Of a stretch of 64,000 nt of DNA, positions 54,248 through 64,000 are shown in pieces. The notes under the pieces were generated by a model. It was not told where the DNA came from and did no database searches. It saw only the letters and a program-made list of their open reading frames with translations. Made by a program: the position numbers and the translations under genes. Positions within the stretch are counted from its first letter, which is position 1. Each line of letters begins with the position of its first letter. Source of the DNA: a virus. Lineage: Duplodnaviria > Caudoviricetes. The stretch spans positions 1-64,000 of IMG/VR virus record IMGVR_UViG_2910510430_000001. One strand, written 5' to 3'.

Positions 54248-54949
54248 GTGGCCCGGATCGTCGTTCAGAAGACGAACGTGAAGCTGGTTCTTTCCCTCCG
54301 GGATCGCGCTGCACTCTTCGGTCGCGGAGACTGGAAGAAGCACGCGAACCGAGGTGTGATCGACGCGGGCCGCAAGACGAAGACGCAGGTCCAGCGAGCG
54401 GTCTACCGGCAGATGGCCCTGAAGGAAGGGCACTATCAGCGATACGTGGTTTCAGGCACCCGTGGCATTCCGCGTAAGGCCCAGCTCGCCTACGAGATCT
54501 TCGGCGTGCCAGGCGGCCAGCGGATCGAAATCTACAAGGGCCTGCGGGCCATGAAGATGAGCGGCGCCGCCGCTGCACGGTTCAACTCAGGACGTGGGGC
54601 AGGTGATGCCGGCTCGGTCCGGTCCGGCGTCTGGAACAACCCCCGAGTTTTCAAGCGGTCGTTCGCCACCGGCAGCGGCTTCTTCGCGCTCCTGCCGAAG
54701 AGTGCCGGCGGGTCCGGCACGGCGCCGAAAGCGCTCTGGACGTTCGGCGCGAAGCCCGACCAGAACCGCGACGACCGCGGACGGTTCGCCTCGAGTGGCA
54801 TCCGCTACGGCAAGGTCCGTCGGCTGTACGGTCCGGCGCTCCAAAAGGAGATCCCGAAGGATGCGTCGCTCGCCACCTTCCTCGCTGTCGCTCCGGTGGA
54901 GCTGGAGCAGAAGGTGATGAAGCGGCTGACCCCGCTGATGAGGTTCTGA
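54248..54949 (+). CDS. Lambda gpZ-like minor tail/neck protein
   Basis: Basic protein, GRKTKTQV.R, VRRLYGPAL..E; GGAGG RBS. Confidence 0.6.
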   Translation: MARIVVQKTNVKLVLSLRDRAALFGRGDWKKHANRGVIDAGRKTKTQVQRAVYRQMALKEGHYQRYVVSGTRGIPRKAQLAYEIFGVPGGQRIEIYKGLRAMKMSGAAAARFNSGRGAGDAGSVRSGVWNNPRVFKRSFATGSGFFALLPKSAGGSGTAPKALWTFGAKPDQNRDDRGRFASSGIRYGKVRRLYGPALQKEIPKDASLATFLAVAPVELEQKVMKRLTPLMRF

Positions 54950-55656
54950 TGCCTGTTGCGAAGAAGACGAAACCCCGGAGTTTGCCGGCGGCGCCGTCGT
55001 CGAAGGTGAAGCGCGGAACCTCCCCGCAGCTTCCGGAAACCCGAACTGGCGCGCGGTCTCCTTCCCGCAGTGCCGGCAAGGGCTCGACGACGAAAGCGCC
55101 GCCGGCAAGCGCCAGCAAGGCGCCCGCCAGGAACAAGGGTGGCCGGCCGAAGGGCCCGGCCAAGCCCAAGCTGCCGGAGACGATCGGCACGACCGAGCTG
55201 GCGAAGCTTCTATCGATCACCGACCGACGGCTCACACAGCTCGTCGACGAAGGGGTGATCGAGAAGGAAGGGCGCGGTGCCTTCAACACGGTCGCCGCCG
55301 TCGCAGCCTTCGTGAATTTTCGTGCCGAATCCGAGAAGCGCCGGTCGGCATCGACCAGTGCCGACAAGCTGCGCGAGCAGCGGCAGGAAGAGATCGCCCG
55401 GAAGATGGCGCGCGAAGATCGAGAGATCATCGCGCTCGATGAGGCGATGGACGCACTCGACGAGGCCGCCGGCCTGTTCGTCGAGGTGATCGGCGGTCTG
55501 CCCGCCAGGATCACACGCGATCCGAAGGAACGCCGAAGGATCGAGGATGTCTGCAACGCCGAGCGTGACCGGCTCTCACAGGGCTTCGCTGAAAAAGCAC
55601 AGGCTCTTCGCACGGGTCTCAGCGATGCTGAAGACCCCGAAGAGGATGACGCCTGA
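54949..55656 (+). CDS. terS: Terminase small subunit (Nu1-like)
   Basis: TTELAKLLSITDRRLTQL wHTH plus coiled coil; overlaps terL start. Confidence 0.8.
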   Translation: MPVAKKTKPRSLPAAPSSKVKRGTSPQLPETRTGARSPSRSAGKGSTTKAPPASASKAPARNKGGRPKGPAKPKLPETIGTTELAKLLSITDRRLTQLVDEGVIEKEGRGAFNTVAAVAAFVNFRAESEKRRSASTSADKLREQRQEEIARKMAREDREIIALDEAMDALDEAAGLFVEVIGGLPARITRDPKERRRIEDVCNAERDRLSQGFAEKAQALRTGLSDAEDPEEDDA

Positions 55657-58600
55657 CGAGTGGGCGAGCACCAACCGGGTCTATCCGAAGACGGCTGCGA
55701 TCCCCGGACCGCGTGATCCGTCGCTGACCCCGTACATTATCCCGATCGAGCGCGCGATCGCCGCGCGCACGCATCGCCGAGTGGTCGCCGTGTTCGGCAC
55801 CCAAATGTCGAAGGCGCTAGCACTCGACACGCGCCTTCCCACCCCGTCCGGCTGGACCACGATGGGTAAGGTGCAGCCGGGCGACCGCTTGTTTGATGAG
55901 CGCGGCGAGCCTTGTCTCGTCACCGGTGTATCGCCGGTGATGCTCGGGCACGTCTGCTATCGTGTCGAGTTCTGTGATGGCTCGTCAATAATTGCCGACG
56001 CCGGCCACCTCTGGACCGTCAATCGCGCTCACAAGGTCCCGTCTGGGATCGAGCGGCGCGTGGAAATTCTGACGACCCAGGACATGATCGACATTGGCGT
56101 TGCGCGGACTGGTGGTGCGTCGCGCTTCTCAATTCCGATCGCTGCGCCGCTGCACTGTGAGGCCAACTCGCTTCCGGTCGATCCTTACGTGCTCGGCGCG
56201 TGGCTCGGCGATGGCAACTCCCGCTGCGCAGCAATATCGGTTGGCGACGAAGACCTCGTCGACATGGTTGCGAACCTCGGCGACCGTGGCGTCGAAACCT
56301 CCGTCGTCCGTGAGCGGACATGCAACCGCGTCGGCGTCTTTGGACGCGACGCGAGCGGCGCGCGTGTGGCGCGCGGTGCCGCTGAAAATCTACAGAAGCA
56401 GCTGCGCGCCATCGGAGTGCTCGGCAACAAGCACATCCCGATCTCGTACCTTCGCGCACCCGAAGAGAGCCGCTGGGCATTGCTCCGCGGCCTCATGGAC
56501 ACCGACGGTACGCCGAATGGCGGCACCTGCCGTTTCTCCGTGGTGTCGAAGGTGTTGGCCGACGGCATGATCGAGCTTCTCTCAGGACTCGGATTCCGTC
56601 CTCGGATGCGGACCCGCATTTCGGCCGACGGTTACACCGTTCACCAAGCTGAGTTCCGAGCCTACCGGGACCAAGCCGTTTTTGGGCTAGAGCGCAAGCA
56701 GGCGCAGCTTCCTGCTGAGGACGCGGCCTCGCGTCGGCATCTGAGCCGCCAACGCTACATCCGCGCCATCACGCCGGTCGAAAGTCGGCCGGTGAAGTGC
56801 ATTGCGGTCTCGTCCGCCTCTCACCTGTTTCTCGCGGGCGAGCGGATGATCCCGACACACAACACCGAGCTGTCCATGGACGTGCTCGGCCACCGCCTCG
56901 ATACGGCGCCGACACCGATGGCGTTCATCGCGCCGTCCAAGCAGATCCTCGACGACGAGTTCGAGCCGCGCGTCGAAGCGCTGATCAAGCAGTCGATCTC
57001 GCTCCGCCGGAAGGCTGGGCGCAAGAAACGGACGAAGGCGAAGAAGGTGATCGCCGGCGTAACGCTTCGCCTGGTGCACGGCGGCTCCGCGACCGCGCTC
57101 GCTGCGCAGTCGCTCGGCCTGATCGTCACCGACGAGGTCGACAAGATGCTGGCCAACGTGAAGGGCCAGGGTGACGTCATCGGCCTGGCCGATCGCCGCG
57201 GCGACGCCTACGCCGACTTCGTCCATTTCGCGACGTCGTCCCCCTCGCGTGGTCTCTCGGACGTGGTGTTCGACGAGGCGAGCGAGCTGCACTTCTGGGC
57301 CGACCAGGACCCGAAGGAGATCCACTCGACCATCTGGCGCATGTGGCAGTCCGGCAGCCGGTATCATTGGGCCGTGCCGTGTCCCCACTGCAGCGAGTAT
57401 TTCATCCCCCGCTTCCGTAACCTGAAGTGGGAGAAGCCTCTCGATGCCGAGGGCAAGGAACTGCCGTCGACGCCGATCCTCGCTCACAAGACCGCGCACA
57501 TGGTCTGCGAGTTCTGCACCGAGACGATTCTCTACGACGACCTGGAGGACATGAACGCCCGTGGCGTTTTCGTCGCTCCTGGCCAAGCCGTCATGAACGA
57601 CGGCACGGTGAACGGCGCCGACCCCGAGGCATGGACGCTGTCCTATTGGGTGTCTGGGCTGTGCTCGCCGTTCGTCCCCTGGGGGCAGCGGGCGGCGGAG
57701 TTTGTCGAAGCGGCTCGCTCCGGCAAGACCGACGATGTCCAGGCGATCGTCAACGGTATGGGCGAGCTCTATTCGCCCGGCGACGGCGATGCTCCGGAAT
57801 GGCAGGAGCTGCGCCAGCTGGCCCGGCCCTATGTCACCGGCGACATTCCGGAGTGGGTCCGGATACTGACGCTGACCTGCGACGTCCAGAAGGACCGGCT
57901 GGTCTACGTGATCCGCGGCTGGGGTGAGGGCGGTTCGTCCGCTCAGATCATCGCGTCCGAGATCTACGGCGACACGGCTGAGCTGGACGTGTGGAACAAG
58001 CTCGGCGTGGTGCTGACCGATCTCTACGACGGCATCCCGATCAAGCTTGCGCTGATCGACTCCGGCTATCGGCCGGGGAAGAAGTTCGCGGTGCCGGACA
58101 ACATGGTCTACCGCTTCTGCCGGCGCTTCCCGAAGCTTGCCTATGCGACGAAGGGTGCATCGAACCCGATGCGCAAGCCGATCGCGGCGAACAAGCTCGA
58201 CATCAACCTGGACGGCAAGGCCTACAAGCGCGGCCTCGACATCCGCATCCTCGACACCGGCTTCTTCAAGCGGTGGCTCCACCAGAAGTTCAGGTGGCCG
58301 AAGGATGAGGTCGGCGAATGGGTCCTGCCGGAAGACGTCTCTGACGACTTCCTGCAGCACATGGTCTCGGAAGCCGAAGTCAACCTGGCGAACGGCAAGA
58401 CCAAGTGGGTCGCCCGCTCGAAGCACAACCACTTCTTCGACTGCGAATCCATGCAGGGCGCCTGCGCGATGATGCTCAATCTGCATCTGCTTCGCGCCGG
58501 CCCCGCCATGAAGGTCCGCAAGAAGGAGCCGGCCGCTGAAGTGGACCTGGCTCCGAAGAAGACATCGGGCGCCGACATCACCGACGACGAGCTGCAGCCC

Positions 58601-58672
58601 CGCCGTCCAGCACCGCGACGCCGTCCTGAGCGTGGCGGAGCCGGTTGGCTGAAACGAGAAAGCATCTGGTGA
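55625..58672 (+). CDS. terL: Terminase large subunit gpA, intein-containing
   Basis: Walker A TQMSK/T split by intein, VTDEVDK, HWAVPCPHC, TCDVQKD, IDSGY, NHFFDC. Confidence 0.93.
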   Translation: MLKTPKRMTPDEWASTNRVYPKTAAIPGPRDPSLTPYIIPIERAIAARTHRRVVAVFGTQMSKALALDTRLPTPSGWTTMGKVQPGDRLFDERGEPCLVTGVSPVMLGHVCYRVEFCDGSSIIADAGHLWTVNRAHKVPSGIERRVEILTTQDMIDIGVARTGGASRFSIPIAAPLHCEANSLPVDPYVLGAWLGDGNSRCAAISVGDEDLVDMVANLGDRGVETSVVRERTCNRVGVFGRDASGARVARGAAENLQKQLRAIGVLGNKHIPISYLRAPEESRWALLRGLMDTDGTPNGGTCRFSVVSKVLADGMIELLSGLGFRPRMRTRISADGYTVHQAEFRAYRDQAVFGLERKQAQLPAEDAASRRHLSRQRYIRAITPVESRPVKCIAVSSASHLFLAGERMIPTHNTELSMDVLGHRLDTAPTPMAFIAPSKQILDDEFEPRVEALIKQSISLRRKAGRKKRTKAKKVIAGVTLRLVHGGSATALAAQSLGLIVTDEVDKMLANVKGQGDVIGLADRRGDAYADFVHFATSSPSRGLSDVVFDEASELHFWADQDPKEIHSTIWRMWQSGSRYHWAVPCPHCSEYFIPRFRNLKWEKPLDAEGKELPSTPILAHKTAHMVCEFCTETILYDDLEDMNARGVFVAPGQAVMNDGTVNGADPEAWTLSYWVSGLCSPFVPWGQRAAEFVEAARSGKTDDVQAIVNGMGELYSPGDGDAPEWQELRQLARPYVTGDIPEWVRILTLTCDVQKDRLVYVIRGWGEGGSSAQIIASEIYGDTAELDVWNKLGVVLTDLYDGIPIKLALIDSGYRPGKKFAVPDNMVYRFCRRFPKLAYATKGASNPMRKPIAANKLDINLDGKAYKRGLDIRILDTGFFKRWLHQKFRWPKDEVGEWVLPEDVSDDFLQHMVSEAEVNLANGKTKWVARSKHNHFFDCESMQGACAMMLNLHLLRAGPAMKVRKKEPAAEVDLAPKKTSGADITDDELQPRRPAPRRRPERGGAGWLKRESIW
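55814..56863 (+). mobile_element. Class-3 intein with LAGLIDADG homing endonuclease (350 aa)
   Basis: Ala1 (ALALDT), block B DAGHLW, block F PVKCIAV, block G IPTHN, Thr+1; LGAWLGDG and LRGLMDTDG. Confidence 0.92.
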
Positions 58673-58893
58673 TGGCCACGATCGCAGAACTGCAAAAACA
58701 GCTCGACAGCCTCAAAGAGGCCCGGCGATCCGGCGTCAAGCGCGTGATCTTCAACGAGCGAGACGTCACCTACAAGTCCGACGACGACATGGCCCGAGCC
58801 CAGAAGGATCTCGAACGTGAGATCCGGAAGATGGGCAACGGCCGTCGGCGTCGGACCGCCACCCTCGCAACCTTCCGATCGGGGCTCAGATGA
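58672..58893 (+). CDS. gpW-like head completion protein
   Basis: MATIAEL...SGVKRV.FNER.VTYKS between terL and portal. Confidence 0.85.
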   Translation: MATIAELQKQLDSLKEARRSGVKRVIFNERDVTYKSDDDMARAQKDLEREIRKMGNGRRRRTATLATFRSGLR

Positions 58894-60467
58894 AGCGCAC
58901 CATCCTAGACAGGACGATCGGATACTTCTCGCCGAAGCGAGAGGCCGAGCGCCTGGCCTATCGCAAGAAGACCGATGTCCTGGCCGGGACGCAGAAGCGC
59001 CGGGGATACGAAGCTGCCGCAGTCGGCCGCCGGACATCCGGCTGGCTGACGAGGCCCGGGACGAATGACGACGAGCTCCGCCGCGCTGCGCCGAAGTTGC
59101 GGGAGCGGTCGCGAGACCTCGACCGGAACAACGCGATCGCGACGCTCGGCGCCACTCGACACGCCGACTACATGATCGGCACCGGCATCATCGCGAAGTC
59201 GCGGACGCAGAACCCCGCGCGCGACGAGGTGGTCAACGATCTCTGGAAGGCCTTCACGAAGAGGATTGATCCTGAAGGGCTTCTGACCTTCGACGGCCTC
59301 TGCCACAAAGCAGTCCGGACGATGGTCGTCGACGGCGAGATCTTCGCCCGGATGCGGATGCGAAAGGCATCCGATGGCCTGAAGGTGCCCCTGCAGGTGC
59401 AGCTCCTCGAAGCCGAGTTCCTGGACAGTTCGAAGCATGGTCCGACAACGGGCCGGAACCGAGCGGTCAACGGAATCGAGTTCGATGCGATCGGCGGGCG
59501 GAAGGCCTACTGGCTTTTCCCCCAGCACCCGCAGTCCTCGGCGTCGCCCTTCGGCATGAAGAGTAGCGCCGTCCGTGCCACCGAGGTCGCGCATCTGTTC
59601 GAGCCTCGCGGCAACCAGACGCGCGGCGCTCCGTGGTTCGCGCCGGTCATGCTCGATCTGAAGGATCTCGACGAATACCACGAGGCCGAGCTGGTCCGTA
59701 AGAAGATCGAGGCCTGCAACGTCGGCGTGATCACTCGCCGCGATGACGACGACGAGATTAGCGAAGATCCGAACCAGTTCCTGCCGAACGACGACGGCGA
59801 ATACGAGGAGCAAGGTTCTCGGATCGACGAGTATCGCGGCGTTCGGGACGGCAATGGTGACCCGGTCGAACGCTTCGAGCCGGGCATGTTCGCCTACGCG
59901 AACGAAGGCGACGACATCCACTTCAACAACCCGTCGGTCTCGGCGGGTCAGGAGGCCTACATCCGCTCGCATCAGCGACGGATCTCGGCGGGAGTTCGCA
60001 TGCCCTACGAGCTGCTGACGAACGACCTCAGCCAGGTGACGTTCGCCTCCGGCAAGATGGGGCAGCTGGCCTATCAGCAGTTCGTTCGCACGATGCAGTG
60101 GAACTTCATCATCCCGATGTTCTGCGACCGGATCTGGACCTGGTTCATCGAGACCTGCATCATCACCGGGCTGCTGCCGGACGGGGACTACCCGGTCGAG
60201 TGGACGGTCCCGCGGTTCCAGTCGATCACCCCGATCGATGACGTCCGCGCTGACATGCTCGAAGTCCGCAACGGGTTCATCCCGTGGGACGAGAAGGTGA
60301 CCGAGCGGGGCTACGATCCCGACAAGGTCCAGCAGCAGATCGCCGACCGCAACAAGAAGCTCGACGACGACGCGATCGTCCTCGATTGCGACCCCCGGCG
60401 AGTGGCGATCAACGGTCAAGCTCAGTGGGTCGCGGAGCAAACCGACCAGCCCAAATCAAACGGCTAG
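58890..60467 (+). CDS. Portal protein, lambda family
   Basis: YEAA..GRR..GW, RSRDL.RNN, GEIFAR, RG.PWFAPV, YELLTNDLSQV. Confidence 0.93.
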   Translation: MKRTILDRTIGYFSPKREAERLAYRKKTDVLAGTQKRRGYEAAAVGRRTSGWLTRPGTNDDELRRAAPKLRERSRDLDRNNAIATLGATRHADYMIGTGIIAKSRTQNPARDEVVNDLWKAFTKRIDPEGLLTFDGLCHKAVRTMVVDGEIFARMRMRKASDGLKVPLQVQLLEAEFLDSSKHGPTTGRNRAVNGIEFDAIGGRKAYWLFPQHPQSSASPFGMKSSAVRATEVAHLFEPRGNQTRGAPWFAPVMLDLKDLDEYHEAELVRKKIEACNVGVITRRDDDDEISEDPNQFLPNDDGEYEEQGSRIDEYRGVRDGNGDPVERFEPGMFAYANEGDDIHFNNPSVSAGQEAYIRSHQRRISAGVRMPYELLTNDLSQVTFASGKMGQLAYQQFVRTMQWNFIIPMFCDRIWTWFIETCIITGLLPDGDYPVEWTVPRFQSITPIDDVRADMLEVRNGFIPWDEKVTERGYDPDKVQQQIADRNKKLDDDAIVLDCDPRRVAINGQAQWVAEQTDQPKSNG

Positions 60468-60477
60468 GAGAAGCCCC

Positions 60478-62652
60478 ATGGCTCAAGGCAACCAGACCGG
60501 CCGAAAGCCGGTGGGGGATGCGATCCGTATCCCCGACCGCGCATTCGGCGAGGTCGAGGTGCGCGCCGACACGTTCAGCTCAGAGGACCGCACGGTCGAG
60601 ATCATCTGGGCAGCCGGCGCGAAGGTGCGGCGCTACAGCTGGGATGAAGGCTACTTCATGGAGGAACTCTCCATGGATGCGTCACACATCCGGATGGACC
60701 GCTTCGCCTCTGGCATGTCGCTCCTCGACAGCCACGACGCCTACTCGATGGACAACCGGATCGGCACCGTGATCCCGGGCTCTGTCCGCGTCGACGGCGG
60801 CAAGGCTTACGCAACGGTCCGGCTGTCCCGGAACCAGCGCGGCGAGTCGATCTACCAGGATCTGCAGGACGGCCACCCGTTCCCTGTCAGCGTCGGATAC
60901 CGAATCCACGCCTACGAGAAAACCGAAGGTGACGACAGTCAGCTTCCCACCCTTCGCGCGATCGATTGGGAGCCGCTCGAATTGTCGGCGGTCCCGATCC
61001 CCGCGGATGCTGGCGCCTTCTCACGGTCGGAAGCCCGTGAAGAAGCCGCTGTAACAGTCGCCGTCTCACGGCGCGACAACCCCAACGCCGGATCGGCAAC
61101 TTCTGGAGACAAAGGCATGGCGAACCAGCCGAACAAGACCGGCAAGAAGCCGGGTGAAGAGGGCAACCCGAGCGGCGCTGACGGCGCTCGTAGCGCCGAA
61201 GATGAAGCCTCGACCGACGAGACGTCGAGCGAGGACGAAGCGGCTACGGTGACCGCCGATACCCGCTCCGCCCCGGCAAGCCAGTCTCGCTCGGCCGCTC
61301 CGGCTCCGACGCAGCAGACTGATACCCGCCAGGCTCCGGCCGCAGATCCTGAGGCCGTGCAGCGCGCTGCGCAGACCGCAGCCACCGAGGCAGTCCGCCA
61401 CGAGCGCGTCCGCACCGAGACCATCACGGATCTCGGTCGTCGCTACGGCATGACGGACGACTTCGTCCGCCAGCACATCCGCGACGGCAGCTCCGAAACG
61501 GCGTTCAAGAACGCGGTCACCGAAGCGATGCTCGCCGAGCAGGAGCGCACCGGCTCCTTCCCGCACATCGAAACCCGCGGCATGCAGGACGAGGTCGACA
61601 CCCGTCGCTCGCTCGTCGCCAACGCGCTGCTGCATCGCTCCGGCGTTGTGACCGAGCTCCAGGAAGGTGCTCGCGAGTGGCGCGATATGTCGATGGTCGA
61701 CACCGCCAAGGAACTGATGCGCGCACGCGGCGAGAGCACCCGCGGCTCGGTCAACGAAGTGGTGAAGCGCGCCCTGCACTCCACCAGCGACTTCCCCGCC
61801 ATCCTGGGCGAGGTCACCCGCCAGACGCTCGTCGCCGGCTATGAGAGCTACGAGAACACCTTCCAGCTGATCTCCAATCGCCAGGTCGTCTCCGACTTCC
61901 GCGACGTGAAGATGCTGGAAATCGGCAACGGTCCCGACCTGCTGCCGGTCAACGAGCACGGCGAGTTCAAGCGCGGCACGCTCAAGGAAAGCGAAGAGAG
62001 CTTCAAGATCGGGACCTTCGGTCGCGTCTTCGGGCTCACCCGTCAGATGATCATCAACGATCAGCTGAACGCCTTCGCCCGCGTCATCCAGGATTGGGGC
62101 CGCAAGGCTGCCAAGCTCGAAGGTGACATGGTCTGGGGTGTCATCATCGACAACGCGAAGCTGAAGGACGGCAAGGGCCTGTTCCACGCCGACCATAAGA
62201 ACCTCGGCACGCCGACGGCTCTGTCGACCGACGCGCTGACGGCAGCTCGCACGATGTTCCGCAAGCAGGTCGACATCGACGGCGAGCCGATCAACGTCCC
62301 GCCGCAGTATCTCTTCGTCGGCTCGGATCTTGAGATCCCGGCGCAGAAGATCATCACCGGCGTCACCGTCCCGAACACCACTGCCAATGTGGTGCCGGAA
62401 GCCATCCGCTCGCTGACCCCGGTCTACGAGTATCGCCTCGACAAGATCAGCGCGACCGTCTGGTTCCTGTTCGCGTCGATGCAGGCAACGATGGGCCGCG
62501 GTCTGCAGCACGCATACCTGTCCGGCCAGGAGCAGCCGTTCTTTGACGAGCGTCTCGGCTTCGATGTCGACGGCATCGAGTACAAGATCCGCCACGACTT
62601 CGGCGCGGGTCTGACCGACTACCGCTTCGCCTACAAGAACGCCGGCGCCTAA
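60478..62652 (+). CDS. Fused prohead protease/scaffold/major capsid protein
   Basis: LLDSH, VSVGY, WEPLELSAVPIPAD; low-complexity linker; STSDFPAIL capsid region. Confidence 0.92.
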   Translation: MAQGNQTGRKPVGDAIRIPDRAFGEVEVRADTFSSEDRTVEIIWAAGAKVRRYSWDEGYFMEELSMDASHIRMDRFASGMSLLDSHDAYSMDNRIGTVIPGSVRVDGGKAYATVRLSRNQRGESIYQDLQDGHPFPVSVGYRIHAYEKTEGDDSQLPTLRAIDWEPLELSAVPIPADAGAFSRSEAREEAAVTVAVSRRDNPNAGSATSGDKGMANQPNKTGKKPGEEGNPSGADGARSAEDEASTDETSSEDEAATVTADTRSAPASQSRSAAPAPTQQTDTRQAPAADPEAVQRAAQTAATEAVRHERVRTETITDLGRRYGMTDDFVRQHIRDGSSETAFKNAVTEAMLAEQERTGSFPHIETRGMQDEVDTRRSLVANALLHRSGVVTELQEGAREWRDMSMVDTAKELMRARGESTRGSVNEVVKRALHSTSDFPAILGEVTRQTLVAGYESYENTFQLISNRQVVSDFRDVKMLEIGNGPDLLPVNEHGEFKRGTLKESEESFKIGTFGRVFGLTRQMIINDQLNAFARVIQDWGRKAAKLEGDMVWGVIIDNAKLKDGKGLFHADHKNLGTPTALSTDALTAARTMFRKQVDIDGEPINVPPQYLFVGSDLEIPAQKIITGVTVPNTTANVVPEAIRSLTPVYEYRLDKISATVWFLFASMQATMGRGLQHAYLSGQEQPFFDERLGFDVDGIEYKIRHDFGAGLTDYRFAYKNAGA

Positions 62653-62676
62653 GCCGCAATCGCAACCTGAGAGCTT

Positions 62677-62712
62677 CGAAGACCGCCGGCCTTAGCGCCG
62701 GCGTCTTCGTTT
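62677..62712 (+). terminator. Stem-loop after capsid gene
   Basis: CGAAGA-C-CGCCGGC-CTTAGC-GCCGGCG-TCTTCG then TTT. Confidence 0.55.
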
Positions 62713-62740
62713 CCAGAACACCCGAGAAAGGCTTGGGAGC

Positions 62741-63076
62741 ATGGCAAAGAATTTCATCCAGCCGGGCAAGGTCCTTACGATGACCGCGCCGTCCGGCGGC
62801 TGCGCAAGCGGCATCGTCTACGTCTTCGGCAAGATCTTCGGCGTCGCCGTCACGAGCGCCGCCGAAGCCGCTGAGTTCGAGCTCGAAGTCGGCGGCGTCT
62901 TCGAACTGCCGAAGGTCTCGGCCGAAGCCTGGACCGTCGGCGCCGAGATCTATTGGGACGCCGCCGCCGAGCTGGCGACCACGGTCTCCACCGCTAACAC
63001 CAAGATCGGTGTCGCGGTGCTCAGCGCCGCGAACCCGTCCGGCCTGGGCGTCGTCCGTCTGAACGACGCCTTCTAA
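62741..63076 (+). CDS. DUF2190-like capsid cement protein
   Basis: MAKNFIQPG, GVAVT, GVFELPK, GAEIYWD. Confidence 0.88.
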   Translation: MAKNFIQPGKVLTMTAPSGGCASGIVYVFGKIFGVAVTSAAEAAEFELEVGGVFELPKVSAEAWTVGAEIYWDAAAELATTVSTANTKIGVAVLSAANPSGLGVVRLNDAF

Positions 63077-63122
63077 TCCTCGCCTACCGTAGGCCGGGCG
63101 GCGCTGCCGCCCGAACACCGGG

Positions 63123-63395
63123 ATGACCCCTATGGACAAGAAGCTGTACCGCGCCAACGCGGCGACGATGGTCGGCGGCAAATACGTCGCTGCCGGCGAC
63201 ACTGCGATGATGACGGAAAAGCAGGCCAAGGCCCGCGACGTCACCCTCGCATCTGAGACGGATGGCAGCACTCAGCAGTACGCCGACGTTGCCCCTTCGG
63301 AAGCCAAGTTCGCTCGCGTCAAGGGCGTCGTGCCTGTCGACAAGAACGGCAAGGCAACCGAAGGCGCCGAGAAGACTGCACCGAAGAACTCCTGA
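63123..63395 (+). CDS. Hypothetical head-associated protein
   Basis: Position in head cluster. Confidence 0.6.
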   Translation: MTPMDKKLYRANAATMVGGKYVAAGDTAMMTEKQAKARDVTLASETDGSTQQYADVAPSEAKFARVKGVVPVDKNGKATEGAEKTAPKNS

Positions 63396-63406
63396 GGATC
63401 TGACCG

Positions 63407-63856
63407 ATGAACCACTTCGATCGCTTGGAGCGTATGGCGAGTCAGACGATCGATTGGCTCAACGGTGAGTCTTTCACCCTGATCCCGATCCAGCAGGCCA
63501 TCAACGGCCGAGCTGGCCGGGATCAGGATCGCCCGATCATCGAGGGCAAGGGCGTGTTCGAATACACGTCCATCGAGAGCGGCCTGCAGCTCGGTGTTCG
63601 CAAGAGCTACCGCGAGGCCAACGACCTTCGCGCCCTCCAGGTGGGCCGGCAGCCGATCCTCTCGGTCGATCGCCGCGTCTTCGACGACGTGAACGGCGAT
63701 CCCATCGAGGATGCGCTTGTTCGCCAGGGCGACTTCGTCCGGTTCCCCGAGGACCAGAACCTGCCCGACTTCGATGTCGTCTCGGCCCAGCCGGACGGAC
63801 ATTCCCGCATCGTGATCAAGCTCGTCAGCCGTGGCAGGAGCTTCAAGGAGGAGTAG
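63407..63856 (+). CDS. Head-tail joining protein (gpFII-like)
   Basis: Beta-rich; QGDFVRF...FDVVSAQPDG...IKL. Confidence 0.7.
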   Translation: MNHFDRLERMASQTIDWLNGESFTLIPIQQAINGRAGRDQDRPIIEGKGVFEYTSIESGLQLGVRKSYREANDLRALQVGRQPILSVDRRVFDDVNGDPIEDALVRQGDFVRFPEDQNLPDFDVVSAQPDGHSRIVIKLVSRGRSFKEE

Positions 63857-63858
63857 TC

Positions 63859-64000
63859 GTGAGCGCAGCGCATCGCATCACCCTCCGCCTGGCCGCCGTC
63901 GCGGCCATCAGCAATTTTCAGCGGCAGCCATGGCCCACGCTGGCCGGCCCGCAGATCTTCGATTCGAAGATCGAACCGCAAGAGCTGTACGAGGGCGAGA
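63859..64000 (+). CDS. Probable tail terminator/completion protein, partial
   Basis: GTG start after GGAG RBS; runs off the window. Confidence 0.5.
   Translation, partial: MSAAHRITLRLAAVAAISNFQRQPWPTLAGPQIFDSKIEPQELYEGE

Larger units (their letters stand above)
16456..64000. mobile_element. Lambda-like temperate prophage (cos/gpA type), right end outside window
   Basis: int-xis, recombination, cI/cro, replication, terminase, portal, capsid in canonical order. Confidence 0.95.

Overview
GC-rich alphaproteobacterial DNA, probably Hyphomicrobiales (inferred from the rlmB / tRNA-Tyr / tRNA-Gly context and GTTC-N7-GTTC LexA box). A 1.3-kb host island (15152-16455: rlmB, tRNA-Tyr, tRNA-Gly) lies between two tRNA-integrated elements. 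Element 1 (1-15126, left end outside the window) is a satellite-like island ending in the duplicated 3' half of tRNA-Thr(TGT). It carries an integrase, Arc and AlpA regulators, an HTH replication initiator with iterons, a serine resolvase, an M50 protease, TerS/TerL and fragments resembling head-scaffold and neck proteins, with no portal or capsid in view. Element 2 (16456 to beyond 64000) is a lambda-like cos prophage at tRNA-Gly. It carries int/xis, a RecT-YqaJ recombination module, a cI/cro switch with five TTAGC-N7-GCTAA operators, an Acb2/Tad1-like gene, a primase-helicase, a 15-kb leftward accessory cluster (methylase, WYL, beta clamp, AAA+/VWA/DUF3150), a 2-kb non-coding region, a gpA terminase with a class-3 intein, portal, protease-capsid and head-tail genes. 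The most striking unexplained signal is a bipartite RNA-like element (GC hairpin, C-rich linker, NCA-AUYG-UGN' hairpin with fully compensatory stems) found 5-28 nt upstream of 13 leftward start codons, including xis. The second is an 11-bp-phased GTCC array split around a perfect DnaA box next to the cos-like site. Everything was read by eye. Family names come from motif recognition and recall, not database searches, and start codons are my best picks.
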